Source: Chrysomallon squamiferum
Taxonomy: Eukaryota; Animalia; Mollusca
DNA: 64,000 nucleotides
Assembly (NCBI GenBank): GCA_012295275.1
Contig: CM022678.1
Location: 1,798,001 to 1,862,000 of the forward strand
Direction: 5' to 3'
In this document: in pieces, positions 49,298 to 61,944 of the stretch
How positions within the stretch are numbered: position 1 is the first letter of the stretch
Layout: the number at the start of each line of letters is the position of its first letter
Notes under the pieces: model-generated
What the model saw: only the letters and a program-made list of their open reading frames with translations
The model's database searches: none
What the model was told of the DNA's origin: nothing
Translations under genes and position numbers: made by a program

Positions 49298-50260
49298 TCA
49301 CGACGCATTCATCTTGCCTAGCGTTAGACTCAGCAGCGCGAAGAATTGAACCCACGTACTTGACGACGCAAATTGATAACTTCCGCACCGTAGATCAGCC
49401 ACGGTGGGTGGAGCCGGCCTGGTGCTGTCGCACGTGGTGGGCGTGCCCGTGGGGCAGAGCTGCTGTTCGGTGAGGTTGGTGAAAGTCTCGTTTTGAAACT
49501 TCTCCGGCGTCAGGCAGCCGAGGTTCTTCGTTTTGAACTTCGGCGTCGACTTCAGTTTCCGGAGGAGCCACGTGACCTTACAGTCGCAGCCGAACTTGAG
49601 CGTGAGCAGCTGAAAACTGAAGTCCTTCGCGAACAGCTCGTCGAACGTGTGGCAGCCCACCACGGAGACGTTGCTGCTGTAGATGTTGACGTTGGCGTCG
49701 ATGTCGCGGAACGCCCAGACGTCGAGGACGTCGATGTTGGCCAGGTAGAGTTTGAACGTGCTGCGCAGGCGGACCCCGCTGAAGGCGTACGTCTGCACGT
49801 GCGTCACGTTGATGCTGTACATCTCGAACTTGTCGAAGCCGCGCACGTTGCTGAACGCGTACGGCTCGATTGTCCCCACCGTGGTCAGGTAGATAGACAC
49901 GACGCTGTCAGTGCTGCCGCTGACGTTGGCGAAGGCGTAGCTCTCGATGGTTTCGATCCTGCTGCTGTAGATGGTGACGGTCTTCAGCCCCGTTTTGGCT
50001 CCAAACGCGCATCCTCTGATTTTCCCAATCTGGCTTCTGTAGATTGAGACCTTCTCGACGTTGGGGACGTCTTTGAACGCTGCTGCTGGGATTTCGGCGA
50101 CGTTGGAGCTGTAAATGCTGACAGACGTGGCGCCCGAGGAGAAGGGTTTCGGGAAAGATTTGAGTCCATCACAAGCGAGGACATCTCCGTCACGACGACA
50201 TCCTTCTGGCGTGCACAGAGCGACGTGGTGCTGTAGATGCGACAGCAGGGTTGTTAGCAC
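49298..50260 (-). CDS. Leucine-rich-repeat surface protein, exon 2: end of signal peptide, LRRNT-like cap, 7 atypical LRRs, LRRCT, Thr/Pro stalk, hydrophobic GPI-like tail
   Basis: GC-rich 963-nt open exon after the acceptor cctgtag, phase 0. Repeats follow the pattern V.IY.S.I..I...AF. LRRCT is FGCDC..WL...C.TP...LCP. C-terminus is SSSTWVQFFALLSLTLGKMNAS*. Confidence 0.9.
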   Translation of the reverse strand: MLTTLLSHLQHHVALCTPEGCRRDGDVLACDGLKSFPKPFSSGATSVSIYSSNVAEIPAAAFKDVPNVEKVSIYRSQIGKIRGCAFGAKTGLKTVTIYSSRIETIESYAFANVSGSTDSVVSIYLTTVGTIEPYAFSNVRGFDKFEMYSINVTHVQTYAFSGVRLRSTFKLYLANIDVLDVWAFRDIDANVNIYSSNVSVVGCHTFDELFAKDFSFQLLTLKFGCDCKVTWLLRKLKSTPKFKTKNLGCLTPEKFQNETFTNLTEQQLCPTGTPTTCDSTRPAPPTVADLRCGSYQFASSSTWVQFFALLSLTLGKMNAS

Positions 50261-50344
50261 CTACAGGTAATAATAATAACAACAACAACAACAATATAAT
50301 AATAGATAATAATAACAACAACAATAATAACAATAACAACAACA

Positions 50345-50380
<36 letters not shown>

Positions 50381-50473
50381 TTAATTGTTATTATTAGTAA
50401 TAACCATGGCCATGACGAAGACAAGAACAACAGCAACAGCATTAACAAAAGCGGCAATAGCAACAACAACAAC

Positions 50474-50505
<32 letters not shown>

Positions 50506-52952
50506 TAGTAATAACAAGATCAGCAGTAAAAAAAAATATATACCTACAAATAATAATCATAACAACAACAACAGTAATGATGATGTTTATAGTGATTGCA
50601 ACAATAATAATGATGATGATGGCCATGACAAAGACTAAAAACAACAGCAACAGCAACAACTACTACAATAATACTAATAATAACAATAATAATAGTAGTA
50701 ATAACAACAACATCAGCAGTAAAAAAAAAAAAAATAATAATAAAAAAGTTTAAAAAAAATAATAATAATAAAAAAGTCAAAAAAAAAAATATAAAAAATA
50801 AAAAACAAGATCAGCGACAACGACAACGACAATAACAACGATGATGATGTATAACGGAGAACAGCAACTTATCAGCGAGAAAGAAAATAATAATTGAAAT
50901 AACAAAGTTGTCAGTGCTTGTAAACAAGTTAAGCTAAACTGAAAGCACACGACTGATATACAATCTACTCAGCTGTCTCTCACTCACACATAAACAGTTT
51001 TATTGGTATAACAAACCGCTTTAACGTTTTGATTAATTACAGGCAGTCAAAACCATGGCGGTACTTCTCATAATGTCGTCGTTGTCGTTGACGTAGTAGC
51101 AGTTGATGACGTGCCTGTAAATTGTAGTTTTTGTAGTGGTGGTGATGATGGTAGCCAGTTGACGAATACTAAAAACTAATTTTGTAGCATTAGTATTAGT
51201 AGCAGTTGTTGTTGTTGTTGATATATTATAATAATAATAGTACTGGTAGTGTAATGGTTGTAGTAATAGTTATAGTTATAATAGTAGTATTAAAAAAAAA
51301 GTGTTAATTGTGGTGATAGTAGTTGCTATAGTTGTCGTGGTGATGGTTGCAGTAGGATAATAATAATGATGATAAAAAATAATAAAAATGAAAATGATGA
51401 TAATGATAATGATAATGATAATAATGATAATAATAATGATGATGATGATAATAGTGTTAATGATAATAATAATGATAATAATAGTGTTGAAGGATTAAAA
51501 TGATGATAATGATGAAATAACTCAAAATTATGATGATGATGGTGATAGTTTTATTTGTAGTTGAAGTTGTAAGCAGCAGCAGTAGTATAGTAGTAATCTA
51601 GTGCGGTGGTGTATTAATCTTAGCAACAGTGGTGGTTTTTGTTGGTAGTAATGAAACGTGGTTGTTAACGTTTTGATTAATTAATGGTGGTAAAAGTATT
51701 AATTATTACTGAAATGATTGTAATGTCCTACTAATGACTTGGCAGAGGTAGTAAGTAGTAGTATTATAAGTAGCAATTGTAGTAGTGACGTAGTAATAGT
51801 AATTGTAGCAGTTTTAATAGTAGTGGTAATAATAGTGGTATAATAGTAGTAGTTGTAGTAATAGTAGCAGTTACAATAGTAGTTATAAAATAAATAATAC
51901 TATTAGTAATTATAGTAACTAGTAGTATTAGTGGTGATAGTAATAATACTAATAGAAGTCGCAACAACTGTAGCAGTAGTAGTAGTCGTAACTGTACTTA
52001 CAATAGTTCTAGTAATAATAGTAGTGGTAACTGTACTTAAGGTAAGTATTAATAATGGCAGTAGTAACAGTTGTTGTAATTGTGTTAATAGTAACCGTTG
52101 TTGACGTTGTAATGGTGAGTTCTGAAAACGATGTAGTCGCTGGATTTCACGCGACGAATAAAATTTGAGACGTCACAAGGCGGAAGATGTCCCATGCAGA
52201 GAATACGTCACGTGACTAAAGTGATCTGCGTTTGAAACCTGAACTTTTAATTTCGTTACGCTGCACGACATTCTTAGGACGCTTTTGTCGGGTTAAATGT
52301 ATTCGTGGGTTTTAGTTGACGAATGAAGACACCTGCCTGTTATCTGAAGTTTATCTACTGTAGAAAATACACTAAACATTGAGTTTGTGAGATCAGTAAC
52401 AGATGAGTTTAAGTTCGGTCCACTTTGGAGGTTGCCTTAAACTTGTCGTAAATTACAACTAGTTCGAACGAGCTTAAAGAATATATGTTACTGTTCTCGT
52501 GTATTCGTATGTTTATGTATATCAAACATTTTTATTTTTATACATAATATAATATAGTTACGATATTAACAAGAAATATCCATAAATAATTAAATAATTA
52601 AATAAATAAATAAATAAATAAATAAACAAATATACTTTTTTTTTCTCTTTTTATTTATTTGTGTGTTTAGTTTTTTGTCTATTGATTTGTTTGTTTGTTT
52701 ATTTGTTTATTTGTTTATTTGTTTATTTATTTATTTTTATTTTCATCGTTATATCTCCGATGAGCTTTCACTCAGAAACCAGATAATAAATATTAAAAAT
52801 ATTTTATTATTTCAACTAAAACAGTAATTATGTACCAACATCCAGACGCTTAAGTAAATAAAAAAGTAAATAAATAAATATATATAAAATAAATAAATAA
52901 ATAAGTAAGTAAGTAAGAAAGTAATTAAGTAACTAACTGACTAACTAAATAA

Positions 52953-52995
<43 letters not shown>

Positions 52996-53542
52996 AATAA
53001 TAAATAAATGAATAAATACAAAAAATAGATAAAATAGATAAATAAATATATAAGTAAGTAATTAAATAAATAACTAAATAAATAAATAAATAAAAACAAA
53101 AAATATAAATAAAATAAATAATAAATAAGTAAGTAAGTAATTAAGCAACAAACTAACTAAAATAAAATAAATAAATAGAAAAAAAAAGATAACTAAATAG
53201 AGTAAACTAAACTAAATTAAATAAAATAAATAAATAAGTAAGTAAGTAACTAAATAAATAAATACAAAAATAATAAATAAAAAATGATAAATAAATAAAA
53301 TAAAATAAAATAAATAAATAAACAAATAAAATAAATAAATAAATAAGTAAATAAATAAGTAAATAAATAATAAGTAAGTAAGTAAGTAAATAATTAAATA
53401 AATAAATAAGTAAATAAATAAGGAAGTAAGTACATAATTAAATAATTAAATAATAGAACAAAAAACAAAACAAAGGAGAAATGCAGTTTTTATCATATTA
53501 AAACTACAGAACTGTCAGATGTATATTTGTAAACGTACTCAC

Positions 53543-53572
53543 CACAGAACTCCACAGAACAGTGAACTCCAT
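53543..53572 (-). CDS. LRR protein exon 1 (MEFTVLWSSV), first half of the signal peptide
   Basis: acgATGG start and GTG|gtgagt donor in phase 0. It joins exon 2 to give the signal peptide MEFTVLWSSVVLTTLLSHLQHHVALC; total 330 aa. Confidence 0.8.
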
Positions 53573-53649
53573 CGTGTTTGAACAAACTTCGTCTGCGTCG
53601 AGTACAAACGAACATTCAAGGTTAATATTCAAGCACAGGGGCGGGAAAT

Positions 53650-53663
53650 CAGTCACGTGACTG
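53650..53663. promoter_or_regulatory. 14-bp perfect palindrome CAGTCACGTGACTG (E-box/CLEAR-type) beside a GC box, upstream of the LRR gene
   Basis: Lies about 80 nt upstream of the ATG at 53572, next to GGGGCGGG at 53638-53645. Confidence 0.5.
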
Positions 53664-53719
53664 CACCGAGAATGTCACATTTCTTGACAGTCGGGAAGTA
53701 GAAGAACAATGACTGGTTA

Positions 53720-53837
53720 AAGTAACAACAACAACAATAATAATAAAAACAACAACAACAATAATAATAATAAAAACAACAACAACAATAATAATAATAA
53801 TAAAAACAACAATAATAATAAGAAGAAGAATAAAAAT

Positions 53838-53926
<89 letters not shown>

Positions 53927-54231
53927 TAATAATAAAAAATAATAAAAAAAACAATAATAATAAAAATAATAACAATAATAATAATGATAATAATAATAAT
54001 AATAACAACAACAACAATAACAATAACAATAATAATAATAATAATAATAACAGTAATAATAATAATAATAACAACAACAATAATAATAAAAGTAATAATA
54101 ACAATAACAATAATAATAACAATAATAATAATAACAATAATAAAAATAATAATAATAATAACAATAACAATAATAATAATAATAACAATAATAAAAATAA
54201 TGATAATAATAATAATAGTAGTAATAATGTC

Positions 54232-54264
<33 letters not shown>

Positions 54265-54345
54265 CAATAATCTGTCTCCGGATAATAATAATAATAATAA
54301 TAATATCAATAATATCAATAATAATAATAATAATAATAGTAGTAG
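53720..54345. repeat. (AAT/AAC)n trinucleotide array upstream of the LRR gene
   Basis: Direct reading; source of the poly-I/L/Y ORFs. Confidence 0.9.
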
Positions 54346-54601
54346 TAAAAGATTTTCTAAACAGTACAGATCGAAAAGGGAGCGAGAAATAAGAACTGTT
54401 GATTTGTCAGAAATAACAACTGTTTATATTTGTTATCGCTTAAAGAATTTTGTATGGTTGTGTTTTATTGTTTTTTTTTGTTGTTTTGGGGGGGGTTGTT
54501 TGTTTTTTCTTTCTTGCTTGCTTCTATTCTTATTTTGCTTTCTATAATCGATTCATCCATTCGTCCGTTCATATACCTGTCAGCGTCTGTGTCTGTCTCC
54601 G

Positions 54602-54796
<195 letters not shown>

Positions 54797-54956
54797 TTCT
54801 GTCTGTACGTCTGTGTATCGGCTGGTCGTTCGATCGGCCTGTCTATTCAACCGTCTGTCTGTCTGTCTGTTTTTCGGTGTCTCTCTGTGCTTATTTACTT
54901 GTTGTTGTCTTTTTTCACTTTTATTTCCTTCATCTTTCTTTCTTTATTTATTTCAT

Positions 54957-54988
<32 letters not shown>

Positions 54989-56424
54989 TATCTCTATTAT
55001 TTTTCTAGCTAAGTCTGTGGAGTTATCTCGCGGCGACAGAAAAGCTTGTTTAAATTTCTCAGTAGTCTCTGTCACCATTTTTTTAATTTTAATTTTCGTT
55101 TTTGTAAAGAGTCTCAAGTTACATCGCAGATTATAAAAGACAGACATTAAGAAATCAGCGTCCAGAATTCTCTTACATTGCTTTCTAGAAGATGACTCGG
55201 TAGTCAACAAACTAATAAACAACCAAAAAAAAGAGAAAAAAAAAAGATATAAATCATTAGTTTATTTTTATTTATTTATTTTTGTTTTCTAAAGGTTTCG
55301 TCAAGTGAAAAAAAAAACGTTCACGGGGAAAACAAATAAAATAAAAGTAGTAAAATTAAATCTAAAAAAATGAAATAAAATACAATTAAAAGAATCAGAG
55401 AAGATCTTTTACTATAATTAAAATTATGACGTAAAAGGATCATCATGATCATTGTTATTATTATTATTATTATTATTATTAGTAGTAGTAGTAGTTGTAG
55501 TAGTAGTAGCAGTGGTAGCAGTAGTAGTAATAGTAGTAGTTATAGTATTAATGGTTATAGTAGTAATAATTGTAGCTTTAGAATTAGTAATTTTTGTAGT
55601 AGTAGTAGCGATGGTAACAGTAGTAATAGCTGTATTATTATTAGTAGACGCAGCAGTTGTTGTTTTTCTAGCAGAAAGGATGTTGTAACTGCAGCGATAG
55701 GGGAGAAAAAAAAAGCCTGTTTAAAATGCACCTCTCTGAAATCAAACACTGAAATCAGTGCAGCAAAGCACTGCACAGTTTTGTGTTTGTGTTTTCAAGC
55801 AGAAAATAATCATCATTTGCTCTGAGGACGGTGAAGAGCTTCCGTCGCGCTAGCTTCTCTTCGTGAGTCGTGATGCAAGTCAGAGATAACAAGCAAAGGA
55901 GAAACAGTTTTAATATGTCACCCACTGTCGACAGCCAGCTGAGTGTATTAACAAACGATTAGCACCCCTTGAACAACAAACGGACAGACAGACTGTTGTG
56001 CAAATACACACAGACGTACAGACAGGGAGATAGACAGACAGGTAAAATATACAGACCGGCAGATAAACATGCATTATACTTTACTTAAGTTACTTATGCA
56101 CGCACGCACACACGCACAAACACATTTACAGAGAGAGAGAGACAGAAAGCAGGATGGATGGATGGATGGATGGATGAATACAAGACAAATGTCTCGTGCT
56201 GAACGCAAAGCTGTTTCGTATAAAAATAGTTTTCGCTTCACTGACGCCTAGGAGAGCAGAATGAGTTACGACGTATAAAGTGAGTTATTAAATAAACAAC
56301 AACTATGACAACAGCATCAACGAGGACGTCGAAAACACATTAATCTCTCTAACCTGAATTCACTGGACCTTAGCATCAGCAAACATCTTCATCTACGCCG
56401 TTTTATTATCAACATTATTATTAC

Positions 56425-56494
<70 letters not shown>

Positions 56495-56520
56495 TATTAT
56501 TATTATTATTATTGTTGTTG

Positions 56521-56561
<41 letters not shown>

Positions 56562-56991
56562 GTTGTTGTTGTTATTATTATTATTATTATTGTTATTGTT
56601 GTTGTTGTTGTTATTACACGTATTGTATTCAGCGAGGAGGAAGTTGAATTGTGTCTTTTGTTAGTCACGTGATTATTTTTTAAAATAACACAAAGGAAAG
56701 GTTCTAAAACTATCTGGGGGGATGGGGGGAGGACACACTGAATTATTTACCTGTAAAACGGGTTGTAGATCACATGGAAATCGAATCCTTTCAAAATTGT
56801 AAAAAAAAAAAAAAATAAAATAAAAATAAAAAATTTTGAAACTAAACAAAACGTGGCTTTTGTTTCTGAATCACTACAACAACAAAACATCCTGTTTGTT
56901 TGTTGTTTTTTTCTTCCATGCTGCGTCAGCAACAACTTTTCCTGGTTTGTTTGTGGTTCATTCTGACACAAACACCTGACAGACACACACA

Positions 56992-57297
56992 CAGTGAAAC
57001 ACAGTGAGACACAGTAAGACACAGTGAGACACAGTGAAACACAGTGAGACACAGTGAAACACAGTGAGACACAGTGAGACAGTGAGACAGAGAGACGCAG
57101 TGAGACACAGTGAGACACAGTGAAACACAGTGAGACACAGTGAGACACAGTGAAACAAAGTGAGACACAGTGAAACACAGTGAGACACAATGAGACACAG
57201 TGAAAGTCAGTGAGGCACAGTGAGACACAGTGAAACACAGTGAGACACAGTGAAACACAGCGAGACACAGTGAGGCACAGTGAGACACAGTGAAACA
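56992..57297. repeat. 10-bp minisatellite (acagtgagac/acagtgaaac), ~30 copies
   Basis: Direct reading; it is the source of the spurious VSHCVSLC ORFs. Confidence 0.92.
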
Positions 57298-57448
57298 AGT
57301 CTGTGTTGTTACCTGAGTCACTTAGCATATTCAGTTTAGACAAAATAATAATAATAATAATAAATAAATAAATAAATAAATAAATAAAAGAAGTTAAAAA
57401 AAAACCCTTTAATAATAATAATAATCATCTTAATAATAAAGAAGTAAC

Positions 57449-57485
<37 letters not shown>

Positions 57486-57579
57486 TTAATAATAAATAAA
57501 TAAATAAATAAATAAAACAAGTTAAAAAAAAAACCTTTAATAATAATAATAATCATCATCTTAATAATAAAGAAGTAAC

Positions 57580-57664
<85 letters not shown>

Positions 57665-58185
57665 TAATTAATAAATAAATTATTATAAAAAGACAATACA
57701 AAAAAACATTTAAAAAAAAAAAAAAAAAAAAAATAATGCATACCCACTCGAAAGACACTAACACACTATCCCAAAATTAACTTAACAAAAACCAAACAAT
57801 AAACAAATACAAACAATATAAAATAAAATAAAATATATATAAATTAAATATGCAACAAACAAACAAACAAACAAAATATTATTTTATTTTTATTAGTATT
57901 ATTAATAAGCGAATTTTTTTTGTTTAACTAAACAATTCTGCGCAAAAACCAATTTCCATTTCAACCACTGAAAAACTAAAATATACAATCTAAAGAAACA
58001 TTTTGTAAATATATGAGTTATGATAATAATGATAACAATAATTAACAGAAGTAAAATAAAATAAAATGAAAAATAAAGAAATAATAGCAGTAATAATAAT
58101 AACAAAAAATAGTAATAACAACAATAACCACAACAATAATAATAATAATAAAAATAAACAAATAAATAAACAAATAGGAAAAAGT

Positions 58186-58486
58186 CAGAGGCGTGCAGAG
58201 GGCTCAGAAGGGGCCGTGGCCCCGGGCATCCAACTGGGGGGCATACAACTAGGGGGGCATCCAACTAGGGGGCATCCAACTAGGGGGGAGAGAAAAGAAC
58301 TTAAACAATTTGTTGATACATATTTAAATCGAATAAAGTGTTTATTTTATGTTTCATCTGTGTTTACGTATTCAAAATATCTTCCTTTCTCACAGTATTT
58401 CTCAGTTCTAGGTGTTACACTCGAGTCTCTGGGGCTTAGAATCAAGGAGTTGGTCCCGGGCTTCACCAGACCTCTGCACGCCATTG
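58186..58486. mobile_element. MITE-like non-autonomous DNA element (~300 bp)
   Basis: Terminal inverted repeats cagaggcgtgcagagg (58186-58201) and cctctgcacgccattg (58471-58486) match at 14/16. Subterminal tggycccgggc occurs near both ends. Four internal copies of ~ggggcatccaactag. Confidence 0.65.
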
Positions 58487-58522
58487 CACAAAATACACAT
58501 AAAAGTAAATGCTAAATGCAAA

Positions 58523-58570
<48 letters not shown>

Positions 58571-58585
58571 ATGCAAAATAAATAA

Positions 58586-58625
<40 letters not shown>

Positions 58626-59231
58626 ATCAAACAAACCTTTCTAAAAATGTTTTCTCCTGACGAAACTTTAGAAGAAACATCATTAAAAAGAACAAAAACT
58701 AACTTTGTTCAGAACGTATTGAAAGAAATATTTTAAAATAGACAAAATGTAAAAAAAAAAAAAACCACCAAAAAACAACAAAAAAACCAACAACAAAACA
58801 ACCCAACAATAACAACAAAAAACAAAACAACAACAACATTATGCATATTTTCGGACGAAATAATAATAATAATAATAATAAAAAATAAAATAAAAAATAC
58901 ACATTACAAAAATAAAAAGCAACTGAACCACATACTATATTTCTACAAACAAACGTCTGGAATAATAACATAATATGTTAATAAAACATGTTACAAAAGA
59001 AATAATATAAACTTACATGATGATATCACATGACATTATGCTTCATTACTTATTTAGACAAAATATAATTAAAACACCTTTTCAGTATCAGTTTAACGCT
59101 TGAACAACGAGCAGTTATCTAAACGCAATGCAACTCATTAAGGTGTTCGAAGATCAAATCGTATCTTTGATTGAAAGAAACGATGTTTTTACGACTGGTT
59201 TATCAAACTCTGTGGTATGTGGTGTCGTGCT

Positions 59232-59318
59232 CTAAGACAGATAATCACTGACGTTTTCTTCTCTCACTATTCGTGTTTTTAAATACGAGTCTTTTGAATA
59301 TTTAACATTAACGATCAG
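59232..59318 (-). CDS. B-box gene: candidate terminal exon (LIVNVKYSKDSYLKTRIVREENVSDYLS*)
   Basis: Acceptor gtgttcttgtaag (AAG, weak); phase-0 frame open to TAG at 59234-59232. No homology support. Confidence 0.35.
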   Translation of the reverse strand: MIVNVKYSKDSYLKTRIVREENVSDYLS

Positions 59319-59386
59319 CTTACAAGAACACACAGATAAGTACAGCCATCGGTAAATACACGAACAATGAAGTGGGAAATATATAT

Positions 59387-59547
<161 letters not shown>

Positions 59548-59728
59548 TTTTTCGACGTTTACATATGTAAGTTGTCCCTTAAAAGACAAAACAAAAAAAC
59601 ACAAAAAAAGAACCATACACACAGACGCACAGAGGCACGTACTTTCTTAGAAATACAAAGAAATAAAATGAATAGTGATCGGAGAAGACGTTTACATTTC
59701 TGTTACCAAATACTGCGATAATTAAAGG

Positions 59729-60010
59729 ATATGTCCTGTATATCCTTATATGTCACATATCCTGGTATGCGAGATATCCTGATATGTCACATATCCTGGT
59801 ATGCGAGACATCCTGATATATCGCAAATCCTCAAAACCAGTCTATAGCGTAATTTGATATGTTATGTTTCATGATATGTTATATATGCTGCTGTTTATTC
59901 TGATATGTCTTATGTCCTGGAAAGTCACGTATCCCAGTTTGTAACGTAATATCCTGACTGTAACGTAACCCAGTGTGTCATGTGACGATATGTAATATAT
60001 CACGATGTAT
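59729..60010. repeat. Degenerate 17-bp (34-bp higher-order) repeat gatatgtcacatatcct
   Basis: Clear copies at 59729-59830 that decay to about 60010. Confidence 0.6.
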
Positions 60011-60265
60011 CATCGAGACCATTTAAGAGCTGTATCCATCCTGGGGGAAAAAAAATTAAAACAAAATTAAAACAAAATAATGTAAATAATTTCAAAGTCA
60101 AAAAAGAAAACAAAAAATTGATTTCCAGTTATTATTACTACAACAACTACTACCACTACTACAACTACCGTTACTTCTTATTCTATTGCTAGCAAAAAGA
60201 TTACTATTACTACTACTATAATATTAATTCAACAAGTACCATTACTACTACCACTACATCTACAG

Positions 60266-60301
<36 letters not shown>

Positions 60302-60330
60302 ATAATAATAATAATAAAGCAAATAATTAC

Positions 60331-60417
60331 ATCGAGCATTCTTCGTCTTTCCTTTAGCTTCTCAAGCAGTTCGTTCATAAGCTTCGACTGAATGTCCATC
60401 AGTTCTACCAGTTTTAA
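60331..60417 (-). CDS. B-box gene: coiled-coil exon (LKLVELMDIQSKLMNELLEKLKERRRMLD)
   Basis: gacag acceptor and gtaatt donor; 87 nt, phase 0 to 0; amphipathic L/E/K-rich helix. Confidence 0.7.
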
Positions 60418-60466
60418 CTGTCATACACAAATCTTAAAATTATATCTCACACAGAATAACAGAGAG

Positions 60467-60551
<85 letters not shown>

Positions 60552-60630
60552 TACAGAGAGAGAGAAAAGAGAGACAGAGAGAGACAGACAGAGAGACAGA
60601 CACAGAGAGAGACAGACAGAGAGAGAGATA

Positions 60631-60726
<96 letters not shown>

Positions 60727-60949
60727 AGAGACCGAGTGAAATAAAAAGTGAGATAGAGAGATATTAAATGAGTGAGAGAGGGGTCGTACAGACAAACAGA
60801 AAGCCAGACAGACAGATAGACAGAAAGAAATGCAGACAGGAAGCAGACAGCCATTTGTATGTGTATATGCATATATGAATGGATGGATATAAAACACACA
60901 CACATACACACACGCATATACACGCACTTAGACATGCACAGAGACACAC

Positions 60950-61261
60950 CTGGATATTACCACGACGTTGTTGTCCCTGTCTGGCAACGTCGTCGGGCAC
61001 TGTGATGTCGACGAGGGTGTGACGGAGGTAGAGGTGAGTGCTGACGCACTTGTCGCAGTAATACAGGCGACAGTCCAGACACAGACTCGTAGCCCACTCG
61101 TGTGGAGCCTCACGGCAAACCGAGCAGCGCTGACCCAGCAGCAGGCTGGTTTGATTACACGCTGTTTCCATGGGAACTGAAGAGGCGGCTGATGTCGTCG
61201 TCGCATCTGAAGATGTCACTAATGAAGCGTCTGACGTCGTCGTCGGATGTGTTATTTGTAG
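60950..61261 (-). CDS. B-box zinc-finger exon (TRIM-like B-box type 1)
   Basis: gttcag acceptor and CAG|gtgtgt donor; 312 nt, phase 0 to 0. Motif CxxC-x11-CxxC-x4-CxxC-x3-H-x4-H (CSVC...CLDC...CDKC...HLYLRH). Confidence 0.82.
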
Positions 61262-61666
61262 CTGAACACGTAAATAAATAAATATGAAAAATGAAAAATG
61301 AATGAATGAGGGAATGAATAAATACATAAATCAAAATATAACTAACTAACTAACTAACTAAATAAATAAATATGTAAATAAATAAATAAATAAATAAATA
61401 TGAAAAATGAAAAATGAATGAATGAGGGAATGAATAAATACATAAATCAAAATATAAATAAATAACTAAATAAATATGTAAATAAATATGAATGAGTAAA
61501 TAAGAGAAATAAAGAAAGAAAAATAAACACTGGCAAACGAAAGCGATACACAAAGAAACAAAATGACGAGGCTACTAAACAACAGGAAGATTTTAAAATG
61601 AAAATTTGCGAAGTACTGTAAAGGAGATAAATCTAACTGAATTATAACGAAATCAAGCAGAGTTAC

Positions 61667-61780
61667 CGTTCTTGCAATCGGCCGAAGTACAGGTGAAACT
61701 CCCGAAGCGATTTCCGAGACAACACGACGAAGTCCACCGAAAAATCCACTTTTTGCTTCGGTTTCGTCCAAACTGGGATT
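61667..61780 (-). CDS. B-box gene: internal exon (NPSLDETEAKSGFFGGLRRVVSEIASGVSPVLRPIART)
   Basis: ctgcag acceptor and ACG|gtaact donor; 114 nt, phase 0 to 0. An alternative acceptor lies before 61803. Confidence 0.6.
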
Positions 61781-61886
61781 CTGCAGATTGTACATTTCAA
61801 ACACTACACCGTAAATATTTAGCTTTCATTTATTCATTTATTAATTATCATTCTTGTCGGTGTTATTATTGTTGTTGTTGTTGTTG

Positions 61887-61944
<58 letters not shown>

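Noticed and set aside
49493-50047. 184-aa plus-strand ORF overlapping the LRR exon
   Set aside because: It is an antisense shadow expected from the GC-rich codon usage of the real minus-strand gene; it has a non-ATG start and no recognisable motif.
49298-50260. Horizontal transfer of a bacterial BspA-like LRR, suggested by high GC and IxxxAF repeats
   Set aside because: It has metazoan-type Cys caps (LRRNT-like and LRRCT), a spliceosomal intron in the signal peptide and a GPI-like tail.
56747-57343. Cys/His-rich ORFs resembling metal-binding proteins
   Set aside because: They are translations of a 10-bp minisatellite that is open in several frames.
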